Below are positions 40,938 to 49,086 of a stretch of DNA of 64,000 nucleotides, piece after piece (within the stretch, counting starts at the first letter, position 1; each line of letters opens with the position of its first letter). The translations under genes and the position numbers were made by a program. Under the pieces are notes generated by a model, which saw nothing but the letters and a program-made list of their open reading frames with translations, made no database searches and was not told where the DNA came from. This DNA comes from Planctomycetota bacterium. Its GTDB lineage: Bacteria > Planctomycetota > SZUA-567 > H5-PLA8. The stretch covers positions 224,001 to 288,000 of the forward strand of contig JBBRPR010000002.1 in the NCBI GenBank assembly GCA_038227875.1. The letters run 5' to 3'.

Positions 40938-41800
40938 TGGGCTGCTCCTGATTCCAATTGAGCTCGGGCGATCGCCCACTCGTCGGGGCTGACGCGGATG
41001 AAGTGATTTTTCTCACGCTGCTCGAACAGTGGAACGCCTTTGCCCATCAGTGTGTCGAGGACAATCGCGTGCGGCTTGTCGGCGACGGTTTTGCACGCGT
41101 CGAGCGCAGCGAGCAGCGCGGCGATGTCGTTGCCGTTAATGCGCTGCGTGTGCCAGCCGAACGCGCGCCATTTCTCGTCGACGGATTCGACATTCATCAC
41201 GCGCGCCGGCGGTCCATCGGCCTGCTGGTTGTTGCAGTCGATGAATGCAAAGAGATTGCCGAGACGGTAGTGCGCGCCGGCCATCGCGGCTTCCCACGTG
41301 GAGCCTTCCTGCAGTTCACCGTCGGAGAGCAGATTGAAAATGCGCGGAAAGCCTGCGCCGCTCTCGGTGCGCGGCAAGCGCCGCACCCCCAGCGCCATAC
41401 CGATGGCCTGCGACAGGCCGTGGCCCAGTGAGCCGCCCGTCATTTCGAAACCAGGTGTGACTTCGCTGCCCGACATTTCCAGGCGAGAACTGTCGGCACC
41501 ATACGTGTCGAGCTCCGCCAGCGGAATTACGCCGGCTTCGGCCAGCGCGGCGTAAAGGCCGATCGAGTAGTGACCGATCGAAAGCACGAAGCGGTCGCGC
41601 GCGGGCCAAACGAGATTCTGCGCGTCGTAGTTCATCTCGCGGAAGTAGAGTACTGCGAGCAGATCGGCGATGCCCAGGCCCTGCCCGACGTAGCCTTGGC
41701 CCACGATCTCCGCCATGTGCAACACGTGGCGTCGCAGATTCTTGGCGTGCGCCTGAACGTGCGCGATTTCCGTGGCGCGATCGGTGAGTGTCGAATTCAT
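40934..41800 (-). CDS. Transketolase N-terminal (TPP-binding) subunit
   Basis: RDRFVLSIGH, GGSLGHGL, SDGELQEGSTWEA...N. Confidence 0.9.
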   Translation of the reverse strand: MNSTLTDRATEIAHVQAHAKNLRRHVLHMAEIVGQGYVGQGLGIADLLAVLYFREMNYDAQNLVWPARDRFVLSIGHYSIGLYAALAEAGVIPLAELDTYGADSSRLEMSGSEVTPGFEMTGGSLGHGLSQAIGMALGVRRLPRTESGAGFPRIFNLLSDGELQEGSTWEAAMAGAHYRLGNLFAFIDCNNQQADGPPARVMNVESVDEKWRAFGWHTQRINGNDIAALLAALDACKTVADKPHAIVLDTLMGKGVPLFEQREKNHFIRVSPDEWAIARAQLESGAAQ

Positions 41801-42570
41801 GCGAGCTCCATTCCGCCGGAGAAATTGAAGCGCTCGGCGGTGACGTAAGCGGCTTCGGTGGATGCCAGCCAGACCGCGGCGGCGGCGACTTCCGCGGGTT
41901 CGACGCGGCGGCCCATCGGCAATCCTTTGGTGCGATCCTCTTTCAGTTCTTCCGTGGTCTTGCCCGTGACCTTTTGCAGATCGCGTTCGAGTTCATCGAT
42001 CATGCCGCCGGTCATGCGGCCGGGGACCAGCGCGTTGACGGTGATGCCCTGCGGCGCCCACGCCACGGCGGCGGAACGGACCATGCTGTCGACGGCCGCT
42101 TTGCTCGCGGCATATGAGGCGAAATTGGGGAAGCCGAGTTTTGACGCGGGGCTGGAGATGTGAATGATGCGGCCGTACTTTTTCGGCAGCATCACTCGCG
42201 CCGCGGCCTGCATGGCGAAGAACGCGCCGCGCACGTTGACCGCGAAGACTTTGTCCCAGCGTTCGGGCGTGACTTCGAGCATGCTGTCGACGAGACAGAC
42301 CGCCGCGCAGTTGACGAAGATGTCGATGCCCCCCAGGCGCGATGTCACCTGCTCGGCGGCGTCGCGGCAGGCGTTGGCGTCGGAGACATCCAGCCGCAGC
42401 GCGTGGTGCGAGCTCGGCGATTGAAGCAGCGCGACGGTAGCGGCGGCGGCCGGTTCGTTGAGATCCGCGACGGCGACGCGCGCGCCTTCGAGTGCGAAAC
42501 GCTTCGCGATTTCACGGCCGAGACCGTTGCCGGCGCCGACGATCCAGGCGGTGCGATTTGCTAATAGCAT
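41797..42570 (-). CDS. SDR family NAD(P)-dependent oxidoreductase
   Basis: GAGNGLG, YAASK, ITVNALVPG. Confidence 0.92.
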   Translation of the reverse strand: MLLANRTAWIVGAGNGLGREIAKRFALEGARVAVADLNEPAAAATVALLQSPSSHHALRLDVSDANACRDAAEQVTSRLGGIDIFVNCAAVCLVDSMLEVTPERWDKVFAVNVRGAFFAMQAAARVMLPKKYGRIIHISSPASKLGFPNFASYAASKAAVDSMVRSAAVAWAPQGITVNALVPGRMTGGMIDELERDLQKVTGKTTEELKEDRTKGLPMGRRVEPAEVAAAAVWLASTEAAYVTAERFNFSGGMELA

Positions 42571-42583
42571 GAGTTCTCCTCAA

Positions 42584-42604
42584 TCGCGGACGTAACGTCC
42601 GCGA
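42584..42604. other. Intergenic hairpin
   Basis: TCGCGGACG-TAA-CGTCCGCGA just upstream of the SDR ribosome-binding site. Confidence 0.55.
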
Positions 42605-42634
42605 ATTCCATTTGGCATTCCGGGTAACGAGACG

Positions 42635-43441
42635 CTACGCGTTCACCGGCTGCTTGCGTTGGTGATGCAAGTCAGCGACGTGGGCTTCGTTGTCAATGAC
42701 CTGCTGCAGATGGCGCATGCGGCGCGGGTTGGCGGTGTTGCGCATCAGGTCGGAATGGGTGCGCGGTGCCCACGCTGGGATGTGAATGCCGAGGTATTTC
42801 TTCAGCCCTTCGACTTCGTCCGGCGTTTTGCAGTGGCTGCCGAGATTGAGCGTAAACATGCGGCGGTGCGTGCTGCCGCCGTACGAAGCGTGCTTGGTGT
42901 TGTGATTGAAGATCGCCAGATCGCCCGGTTGAGTCTCGAGTCCGACGGCGGGAATCTCGCTGCCGTGAAGGCCGAACGCGGTCTTCGAATTTCCGACCTG
43001 GCCAGCCGCCTGCCCGAACGTGTCGTCGACATTGTGCGAGCCGGGAATCACGCGCAACGCGCCGGTGTTAAACGTCAACGGATCGAGATAGAAGGCGATT
43101 TTGATGAAGCGGACGCGGGTGTCCCACCAGCCGTCCGAATGCCAGCCGGTCTCGCCGGAGTAATAATTGCCGTCGCCGGCGAGGTAATTGAAATCGGGAC
43201 CGAGAATCGATTCGGCGACGCCTTCCAGAATGGGATGTTCGAGCAGCGTGCAGAGTTTTTCGCTGCCGTCGATGAACGGCACGACGGAGGTGCGCTTCGA
43301 TCCGTCGTGAACATTGTTGGTCTTGCGGTGGACGGCTTCGAACTCGCTGGTGATCCAGCCGATGTCATTTTTCATCGCGCCTTTGACGTGCAGAAAGCCA
43401 AAGGTATTGAAAAAGTTCAGTTGCTCCTGCGACAGTTTCAT
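42635..43441 (-). CDS. PhyH family Fe(II)/2OG dioxygenase
   Basis: FNTFGFL, WHSD, GALRVIPGSH, PGDLAIFNH..KHAS; similar to 8726..9553. Confidence 0.9.
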   Translation of the reverse strand: MKLSQEQLNFFNTFGFLHVKGAMKNDIGWITSEFEAVHRKTNNVHDGSKRTSVVPFIDGSEKLCTLLEHPILEGVAESILGPDFNYLAGDGNYYSGETGWHSDGWWDTRVRFIKIAFYLDPLTFNTGALRVIPGSHNVDDTFGQAAGQVGNSKTAFGLHGSEIPAVGLETQPGDLAIFNHNTKHASYGGSTHRRMFTLNLGSHCKTPDEVEGLKKYLGIHIPAWAPRTHSDLMRNTANPRRMRHLQQVIDNEAHVADLHHQRKQPVNA

Positions 43442-43472
43442 GATCGTTCTCCAAAGTCCAGTAAGATTGGGG

Positions 43473-43500
43473 TACCCTGGTACAAATTTGTACCAGGGTA
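43473..43500. repeat. AAATTT-centred palindrome, copy 4
   Basis: TACCCTGGTAC-AAATTT-GTACCAGGGTA, perfect 28 bp. Confidence 0.9.
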
Positions 43501-43516
43501 GGTGGAATTGAATCGG

Positions 43517-44221
43517 CTACTGGCGTTCGTTGAGCGCCGCGAGGGCGATGCGGCTGTATTCCATGTGGCGATCGATCTCCGCGCCGGCGACTTTGGGATC
43601 GCGGGTGCGGATGGCGTCGAGCAATTGGCGGTGGATCGTGCGGCTGTAGTCCACGTTGCGCGGCTGAGGCGTGGTGTTGACCATCGTCGCCATGATGAAT
43701 TCCTGCAGCACTTTGAACACGTTCTGCATCGGCTCGTTGGACGTCATTTCGACGAACTTGTAGTGGAAGGCAAAGTCGGCGTGAATCGAACCGAGAAAGT
43801 CCTGTCCGTCGCGATCGATCTCGGTGCAGAGGCGTTCGAGTTCGGCGAAGTCGGCATCGGTGGCGATCTCCGCTACGCGCCGGGCCGCGTAGCATTCGAT
43901 CACGGCGCGAAATTCGTGGAACTTCATCAGTTCGTGCGGCGCAATGGTGAGTGCGCTGCGCAGCAGTTGAGCGCTGCCGATCAGCGCCGTGCCGCTGGCG
44001 ACAAACGTGCCGCGGCCGTGCTGGACGTCGAGCAATCCCACGGTCTGCAGGCGGCCGATTGCCTCGCGCAGCACCGACCGGCTGACACCAAAGCGCTTGG
44101 TCAATTCGCCCTCGGTGGGGAGCTGATCCCCCGTGGCGAGTTTCTTTTTCGCGACGAGCGAACGGAGCTGGTCGACGACGTTGTCGACCAAAGAGGGTGT
44201 GGACGCGCGCTGAAGTTTCAT
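43517..44221 (-). CDS. FadR/GntR family transcriptional regulator
   Basis: LPTEGEL...FGVSRSVLREA plus FCD domain; paralog of 8018..8704. Confidence 0.92.
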   Translation of the reverse strand: MKLQRASTPSLVDNVVDQLRSLVAKKKLATGDQLPTEGELTKRFGVSRSVLREAIGRLQTVGLLDVQHGRGTFVASGTALIGSAQLLRSALTIAPHELMKFHEFRAVIECYAARRVAEIATDADFAELERLCTEIDRDGQDFLGSIHADFAFHYKFVEMTSNEPMQNVFKVLQEFIMATMVNTTPQPRNVDYSRTIHRQLLDAIRTRDPKVAGAEIDRHMEYSRIALAALNERQ

Positions 44222-44237
44222 GGCCGGCCTCCGAAAG

Positions 44238-44258
44238 ATCAGATGTCGGACGTCTGAT
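44238..44258. promoter_or_regulatory. Palindromic FadR-type operator upstream of the GntR gene
   Basis: ATCAGATGTC-G-GACGTCTGAT (one mismatch), 16 nt from the start codon. Confidence 0.65.
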
Positions 44259-44568
44259 GTTTACCCTGCGGTTTGGCCGAAGTCAATGGGGTGGTGATAA
44301 AATTCTTCTAAGTCATTTATTTGAAATAAGATGTGTCATAAAATTAATTTATCTGTCCGCTAAAAGTAGTCGCGGTAACAGTAACAGCTCGGCTGCCGAG
44401 TCTGTCCGTTACCGACAAATTTTCGCCGGACTGAGATTGCTTACACGGGGCTTGAACTCAGGGAGAACCCGACCGACCACCGACTACATTTAGCCGGACA
44501 GAAATTGCAGCGACGAAGAGATTGCGCACCCATTGTACTATTCGGAACTCGAGCTATTATATACACGC

Positions 44569-45489
44569 ATGTACAAAAACTTCTTCGTCGACCCGAAAGC
44601 GACCTGTGTCGAGCGCATTCCCGCCACGTTTCCGGGGTTTCCCAAGGCGCTGAAGCTCAATGCGCTGGAGAATTACTGGTCGGCGTTACAGATGACGCCG
44701 GTCAGTTCGGTCGAATGGCGCTGCACGCCGGCGTGGACGGTCGGTCCCCGAGTCGTTCCGGATTCGATGTTTTTCCACATTCACAGCGGGCGGGGGAGGG
44801 GCTTCGTCGAGGACCAGCACTTTGAACTGCGGCCCGGCGATTTCATGCTGATTCCAAAGGGTTGTTCTCATGGAGCAGTGCAGGAGAAAGGGCACCCATT
44901 TCATCTCACGGCGACGCACTTTCACGCGCACGTTTTCGGTGGCGCGAATCTCCTGGATCTGCTCGGCTTTCCCGTGCACATCCGCACGCATCCGCAGCGC
45001 GACGCGGAGATCGTCCGGTTGGTGCGGGAGAATGATCGCGAGTACGGTGCGAAGGCCCCGGGCTACCGCCAATCCGTCGCGGCGAACCTGACGCGCATCC
45101 TGCTTTATATTGTCAGGAATCATGGCGAGCACTTCAAGCCGCCGTACGCGTCGGACCGCAGCCAGGAATTGCGCCGGCTGCTCCCGGCGTTCGATTGTCT
45201 GGAACGAAACTTGACCGACGGCCTGATCGCCATCGGCGACCTGGCGAAGACGATTCACGTCAGCGAAGTGCAGTTCCGCAAGCTCTTCCGCCGGGTCACC
45301 GGCGTCAGCCCGGCGCGTTACATCCAATCGCGGCGCATCGAACGCGCCTGCCGCATGCTGCGCGAATCGAATGCGTCGGTGGAGGAAGCGGCCGTCGCGT
45401 CTGGATTTTCGGACAGCGCGTTTTTCTGCCGCGTTTTCAAGACGTGGACCAAGACGACGCCCACGGAATACCGCAAGAGCGCCGTCTAA
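44569..45489 (+). CDS. AraC family transcriptional regulator
   Basis: Cupin-like N-domain; FRKLFRRVTGVSP, SGFSDSAFFCRVFK...TPTEYRK; start uncertain. Confidence 0.9.
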   Translation: MYKNFFVDPKATCVERIPATFPGFPKALKLNALENYWSALQMTPVSSVEWRCTPAWTVGPRVVPDSMFFHIHSGRGRGFVEDQHFELRPGDFMLIPKGCSHGAVQEKGHPFHLTATHFHAHVFGGANLLDLLGFPVHIRTHPQRDAEIVRLVRENDREYGAKAPGYRQSVAANLTRILLYIVRNHGEHFKPPYASDRSQELRRLLPAFDCLERNLTDGLIAIGDLAKTIHVSEVQFRKLFRRVTGVSPARYIQSRRIERACRMLRESNASVEEAAVASGFSDSAFFCRVFKTWTKTTPTEYRKSAV

Positions 45490-45493
45490 TTAG

Positions 45494-47416
45494 CTACGCG
45501 TCCACCGGCTGCTGTAACTGCGCTAGAACCTTACGCGCAAAATTTCGGACCAGCGCGCGCGGATCGTCGGCGTGGCGTTGCGCACAGGCGAGGGCTTCGG
45601 CGTCGGCGCCCCACTTGGCGAGCACCGGCGCGGCGGCGAGATCGATCTCGAAGCGCCGGTCGTCGGAGATCGGCGCGCCGTAGGCGCCCATGCTGTTTTG
45701 CAGGACCAGCTTCGTGTCGACCTTCAGCGCGATGGCGGCGCGCACGGCTTCGAGCGCTTCTTCCTTCGTGGCGACGCGACCCAGCGCGTGAATCGCGGTG
45801 ACGATCTTGCGATGCGTCGGCGCACCGTCAGTCAGCAGGCCCAGGGTCAGATCAATCGACTTCGTTTCGCGGAGGCCGAGGAAGTCGAGCAGGTAGAACG
45901 CGCCGAGGTAGCGTTCCAGTTCGCGGTTGTGGACCGCTTTGTCTGCTCGGCGGCTGAGCACCACGGCTTTCAGCACGTCCACGCCATCGGTGATTTTCTG
46001 CAGTGCGAGCACGGAGGCAGCCATCAGGCGCTGGTCGTCGACGCCGTCACGGACCGCGGCTTTGAGTTCTGCTTGAGCCGCGGCGCCGCGCTGAACAAGT
46101 TCGCAAATCGCATGCGATTCACGCGGCGAACCGAAGAGCTTCAGCAGTCCGGCGACGTCGGTCTTCTTCAGTTCGTCGTTGGGCGGAAGGATGCTGCCCA
46201 GTCCGGTTCCCGAGAGGACTTCTTCCGGCAGCGCGTTGCGTTCGACCAGGCGCTTCTGCACGGCGGAGACGTTGACCTTGCGCACGGTGGTCTTCGATGC
46301 GATCGCGACTTTCGCGGCGACGGCCGCGGATTCGCCGAGCGCCTGGATATCGCGCTGCATGCGGAAAAGCTGATGCGCATCATGCGTCATGCCGACGGCG
46401 CGGCAGGCGACAAGGAGATTGTCGACGACCTTCGGCACCTGGCAGCGGTACGGCACGTCGTGGCTCATTTGCTGATGCCACGCGTTGAAGCCGCCGATCC
46501 ACAGTTGCGCGTCGCGGGATTCGTTCTCGTAGTCGAAAGCATGGTTGTCGTAGTGCGCTTTGGCGCGCGTGACGACATCGGGAAAACGGCGCGCCTGCTG
46601 CTGGTCTTCGAGCGTGACCACGTATTCGGCGTCGATAAAGCGGCTCTCGCGCAGACCCAGGATCGGCGAGACGTAGATCATGCGCGACGCGGCGTCGTAG
46701 CTGTTGCGCGCCAGGTGCGAGCGGCCGAGAACCTGCGCGCGGGACTGGTCGAGCGCGTTGGTCGGGTCGACGTAACCGGCGTCGAAATTCCGGAAGGAGA
46801 CCGATTCGTTGTTCTGCACCAGGCCCGGCGCGAGGCTGTAGGGCTGCGGGGCGTGGTCGCCTTCACGGCCGAAGTTGAACGGCGCGCCCGCGGCGGCGGC
46901 GACATCGGCGTCGCCGGTGCAGTCGATAACGACGCGCGCTTCGAGCCAGAAGATGCCGTGATCGTTTTCGGCGACGATGCCCTTCAACGCATTACCGTCA
47001 AGCACCGCTCCGACGAAAAAGCTGCGGTAGAAACACTGCACGCCGGCTTCGTCGGCCAATTCCTGGAGCGCGAGTTTCTTGGATTCGGGATGGAAGCCGC
47101 TGGCCTTACCGCCGATGCGCGCGGTCCATGCGGCGGTGCGCTGGTCGATCTCGTGCTGAATGCCGGTCTGGATGCCGTGGTAGTACATGTGGATGCCGCC
47201 GCCGGTGCCGATGCCGCCGAGAAAGCTCTGCGGTTCGACCACCGCTGTCTTGAGGCCTTCCTGCCCCGCGACAATCGCGGCGGGCGCGCCGCCGGTGCCG
47301 CCGCCGACCACGACGACGTCGAACGTGCCGAGCTTCGGAATCAGCGCGACGTCCAGTGTGGCAAGTCCGCGCGCGTCGCTCGTGGGAAGTTGGTTGGTGC
47401 GTACGGTCAAATTCAT
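45494..47416 (-). CDS. FAD-dependent oxidoreductase with helical C-terminal extension
   Basis: DVVVVGGGTGG, LGGIGT.G, VIDCTGDADVA, LRESR, VPYRC.VP...DNLLVACR. Confidence 0.87.
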   Translation of the reverse strand: MNLTVRTNQLPTSDARGLATLDVALIPKLGTFDVVVVGGGTGGAPAAIVAGQEGLKTAVVEPQSFLGGIGTGGGIHMYYHGIQTGIQHEIDQRTAAWTARIGGKASGFHPESKKLALQELADEAGVQCFYRSFFVGAVLDGNALKGIVAENDHGIFWLEARVVIDCTGDADVAAAAGAPFNFGREGDHAPQPYSLAPGLVQNNESVSFRNFDAGYVDPTNALDQSRAQVLGRSHLARNSYDAASRMIYVSPILGLRESRFIDAEYVVTLEDQQQARRFPDVVTRAKAHYDNHAFDYENESRDAQLWIGGFNAWHQQMSHDVPYRCQVPKVVDNLLVACRAVGMTHDAHQLFRMQRDIQALGESAAVAAKVAIASKTTVRKVNVSAVQKRLVERNALPEEVLSGTGLGSILPPNDELKKTDVAGLLKLFGSPRESHAICELVQRGAAAQAELKAAVRDGVDDQRLMAASVLALQKITDGVDVLKAVVLSRRADKAVHNRELERYLGAFYLLDFLGLRETKSIDLTLGLLTDGAPTHRKIVTAIHALGRVATKEEALEAVRAAIALKVDTKLVLQNSMGAYGAPISDDRRFEIDLAAAPVLAKWGADAEALACAQRHADDPRALVRNFARKVLAQLQQPVDA

Positions 47417-47446
47417 CGCAAGATCCTCAATTCGAATCCAAGGAGT

Positions 47447-47472
47447 ACCCCAGGGTAAATTTACCCTAGGGT
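47447..47472. repeat. AAATTT-centred palindrome, copy 5
   Basis: ACCCCAGGGT-AAATTT-ACCCTAGGGT, one mismatch. Confidence 0.85.
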
Positions 47473-47481
47473 CGGGTTGTC

Positions 47482-48390
47482 TCAGGCGTTGACGCGCAAT
47501 TCCGCGATCGCGCGCGTGGCAGCTTGCGCGCCGAGCGCAACGCGCTCCTGCAACGAGGGCTTTTTGCCCAGTACGCGCGGTCCGGCGACGAACACGTTTT
47601 CGGCGAGCTTCGAAAGGTCGAGCTTTTCCGGGTTGAGCACGAACGACTCGTGCGCGCTGAGCGCCAGCGATGCTTTTTCGAAGCCGGGAACCTTGCGCAG
47701 CGCCTCGATGGTGCGGGCGAGCGCGAAGCGCACCGTGGATTCGGCGGCGAGCGCGCTGGACGTGTTGACGCTGACGCGGACGTGAGCTTCGTGCGGCCAG
47801 AGCGTTGGGCGCACTTCTGCTTTCGCGACGCCGTCGACATTCACGGTCGTCAGCGCGGTTGGCGTTTCCACGGCGCAGAGCAGGCAGGCGCGTTCGGTGC
47901 TGGTCGCAGTTGAGGTGTTCGATGCGCCGCCCACAAGCCGCGACGTCTCCGTCGCATCAATGAAGACGCGCGCCTGGACGGCGAGCGGGCCGGACTTGGT
48001 GGTGAGGCGCGCGAAGCCTTTCGCGGCATCGATGGCACCGGCGAAGGCGCGAAAATGCACGCGGACTTTTGCTTCCTGCATCATTTTGTCGAGCAGGCAT
48101 TCCAAGGCGACGGGATCGAAGATGCCATCGCGCGTGGCGTTCAGTGCGCTGAGGCGTTCGAGCATACGTTCCAACGCGCGCGGGATTTCGGCGCCACGTT
48201 CGAGGAACAGCTCCAAGCCGTGGGAAACTTCCCAGCCGAGCGCGCCGCGTTCTTCGATCAGGATGGTGTCTAGACCCGCGTCGGAGGCCGTCAGCGCCGC
48301 GGCAACGCCGGCGAGGCCACCACCGATGACGCACAGTTCGGCTTTGTCGAGAAGGGAAAGTTGGGACGTCAGGGAGACGGAATCAGCCAC
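47482..48390 (-). CDS. Short FAD-dependent oxidoreductase-like protein
   Basis: VIGGGLAGVAAA, IEERGALG, FIDAT, NVFVAG; GTG 48390 with AGGAGG SD. Confidence 0.78.
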   Translation of the reverse strand: MADSVSLTSQLSLLDKAELCVIGGGLAGVAAALTASDAGLDTILIEERGALGWEVSHGLELFLERGAEIPRALERMLERLSALNATRDGIFDPVALECLLDKMMQEAKVRVHFRAFAGAIDAAKGFARLTTKSGPLAVQARVFIDATETSRLVGGASNTSTATSTERACLLCAVETPTALTTVNVDGVAKAEVRPTLWPHEAHVRVSVNTSSALAAESTVRFALARTIEALRKVPGFEKASLALSAHESFVLNPEKLDLSKLAENVFVAGPRVLGKKPSLQERVALGAQAATRAIAELRVNA

Positions 48391-48582
48391 GTCGAACACC
48401 TCCTATAAGGGAGCGCTTGCGCGCGGATCATTCGTACAAGAGGCTTTATACGGCGAATTCCGCTGGGAACGTCTGCGTTATCGGTTGAAAACATGGCGAT
48501 TTCAGCTAATGTGAATAGCGCGTCACAGTGAGACGTCAGTCCCACGTGGACATTTCGAGGCGGAACGGGTAACGTACGAGCC

Positions 48583-48951
48583 ATGAAGACGGCGGGCATC
48601 ACACGCATGAAGGTCGGCGCACCGGTCGCGGTTCTTTTCGCGACGGTGGTCAATGCCGCGTCGGCGTGCGATCCGGCCGCGATGGCGTCGCTGCCGAAAA
48701 ATCCCGGCGCTCCCGATCTGTCGTGGGCTCTGCAGTGCGGCGCAACCAGCGCCCACAGCACGCGCACGCTGATCGCCAAGCGCGCGGCTTCCCAGATTCA
48801 GTCGATGGACCGGTACTTCGGCGCCGAGCCGGGATACCTGCTCCAGAACAGTGCTCCGATTCAGCGGGTGGAAGAGACGCGCGTCGTCAGCGTGGTTCTG
48901 CCGCCCAATCAACTCCACACCGAATCCACCCACCAGCACGCCGCTCCGTAG
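48583..48951 (+). CDS. Small signal-peptide protein upstream of secA; candidate SecM-like secretion monitor
   Basis: Basic n-region, hydrophobic GAPVAVLFATVV, ASA-C; ends HQHAAP-stop 135 nt before secA. Confidence 0.6.
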   Translation: MKTAGITRMKVGAPVAVLFATVVNAASACDPAAMASLPKNPGAPDLSWALQCGATSAHSTRTLIAKRAASQIQSMDRYFGAEPGYLLQNSAPIQRVEETRVVSVVLPPNQLHTESTHQHAAP

Positions 48952-49086
48952 TGCCGCTCCGGTAATTCCTTTTTGATGTTCGTACCGCATCGCGCGTGAG
49001 CGCGACGGTGTGAGCGTTGAATCGAATTGCCAACCCGTTTCCATTCAAACCACTACGAGCCGAGCGCAGAGCGGCAGGAGTTTAAC

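Noticed and set aside
43473..43500. 28-bp palindrome as the chromosomal dif site
   Set aside because: The geometry fits but it lacks the XerD arm TTATGTTAAAT, and there are several variable copies
45572..47458. 628-aa plus-strand ORF
   Set aside because: Antisense shadow of the FAD oxidoreductase
48523..49044. 173-aa minus-strand ORF upstream of secA
   Set aside because: Arg-rich shadow with no motif; the plus-strand ORF has a signal peptide and better context
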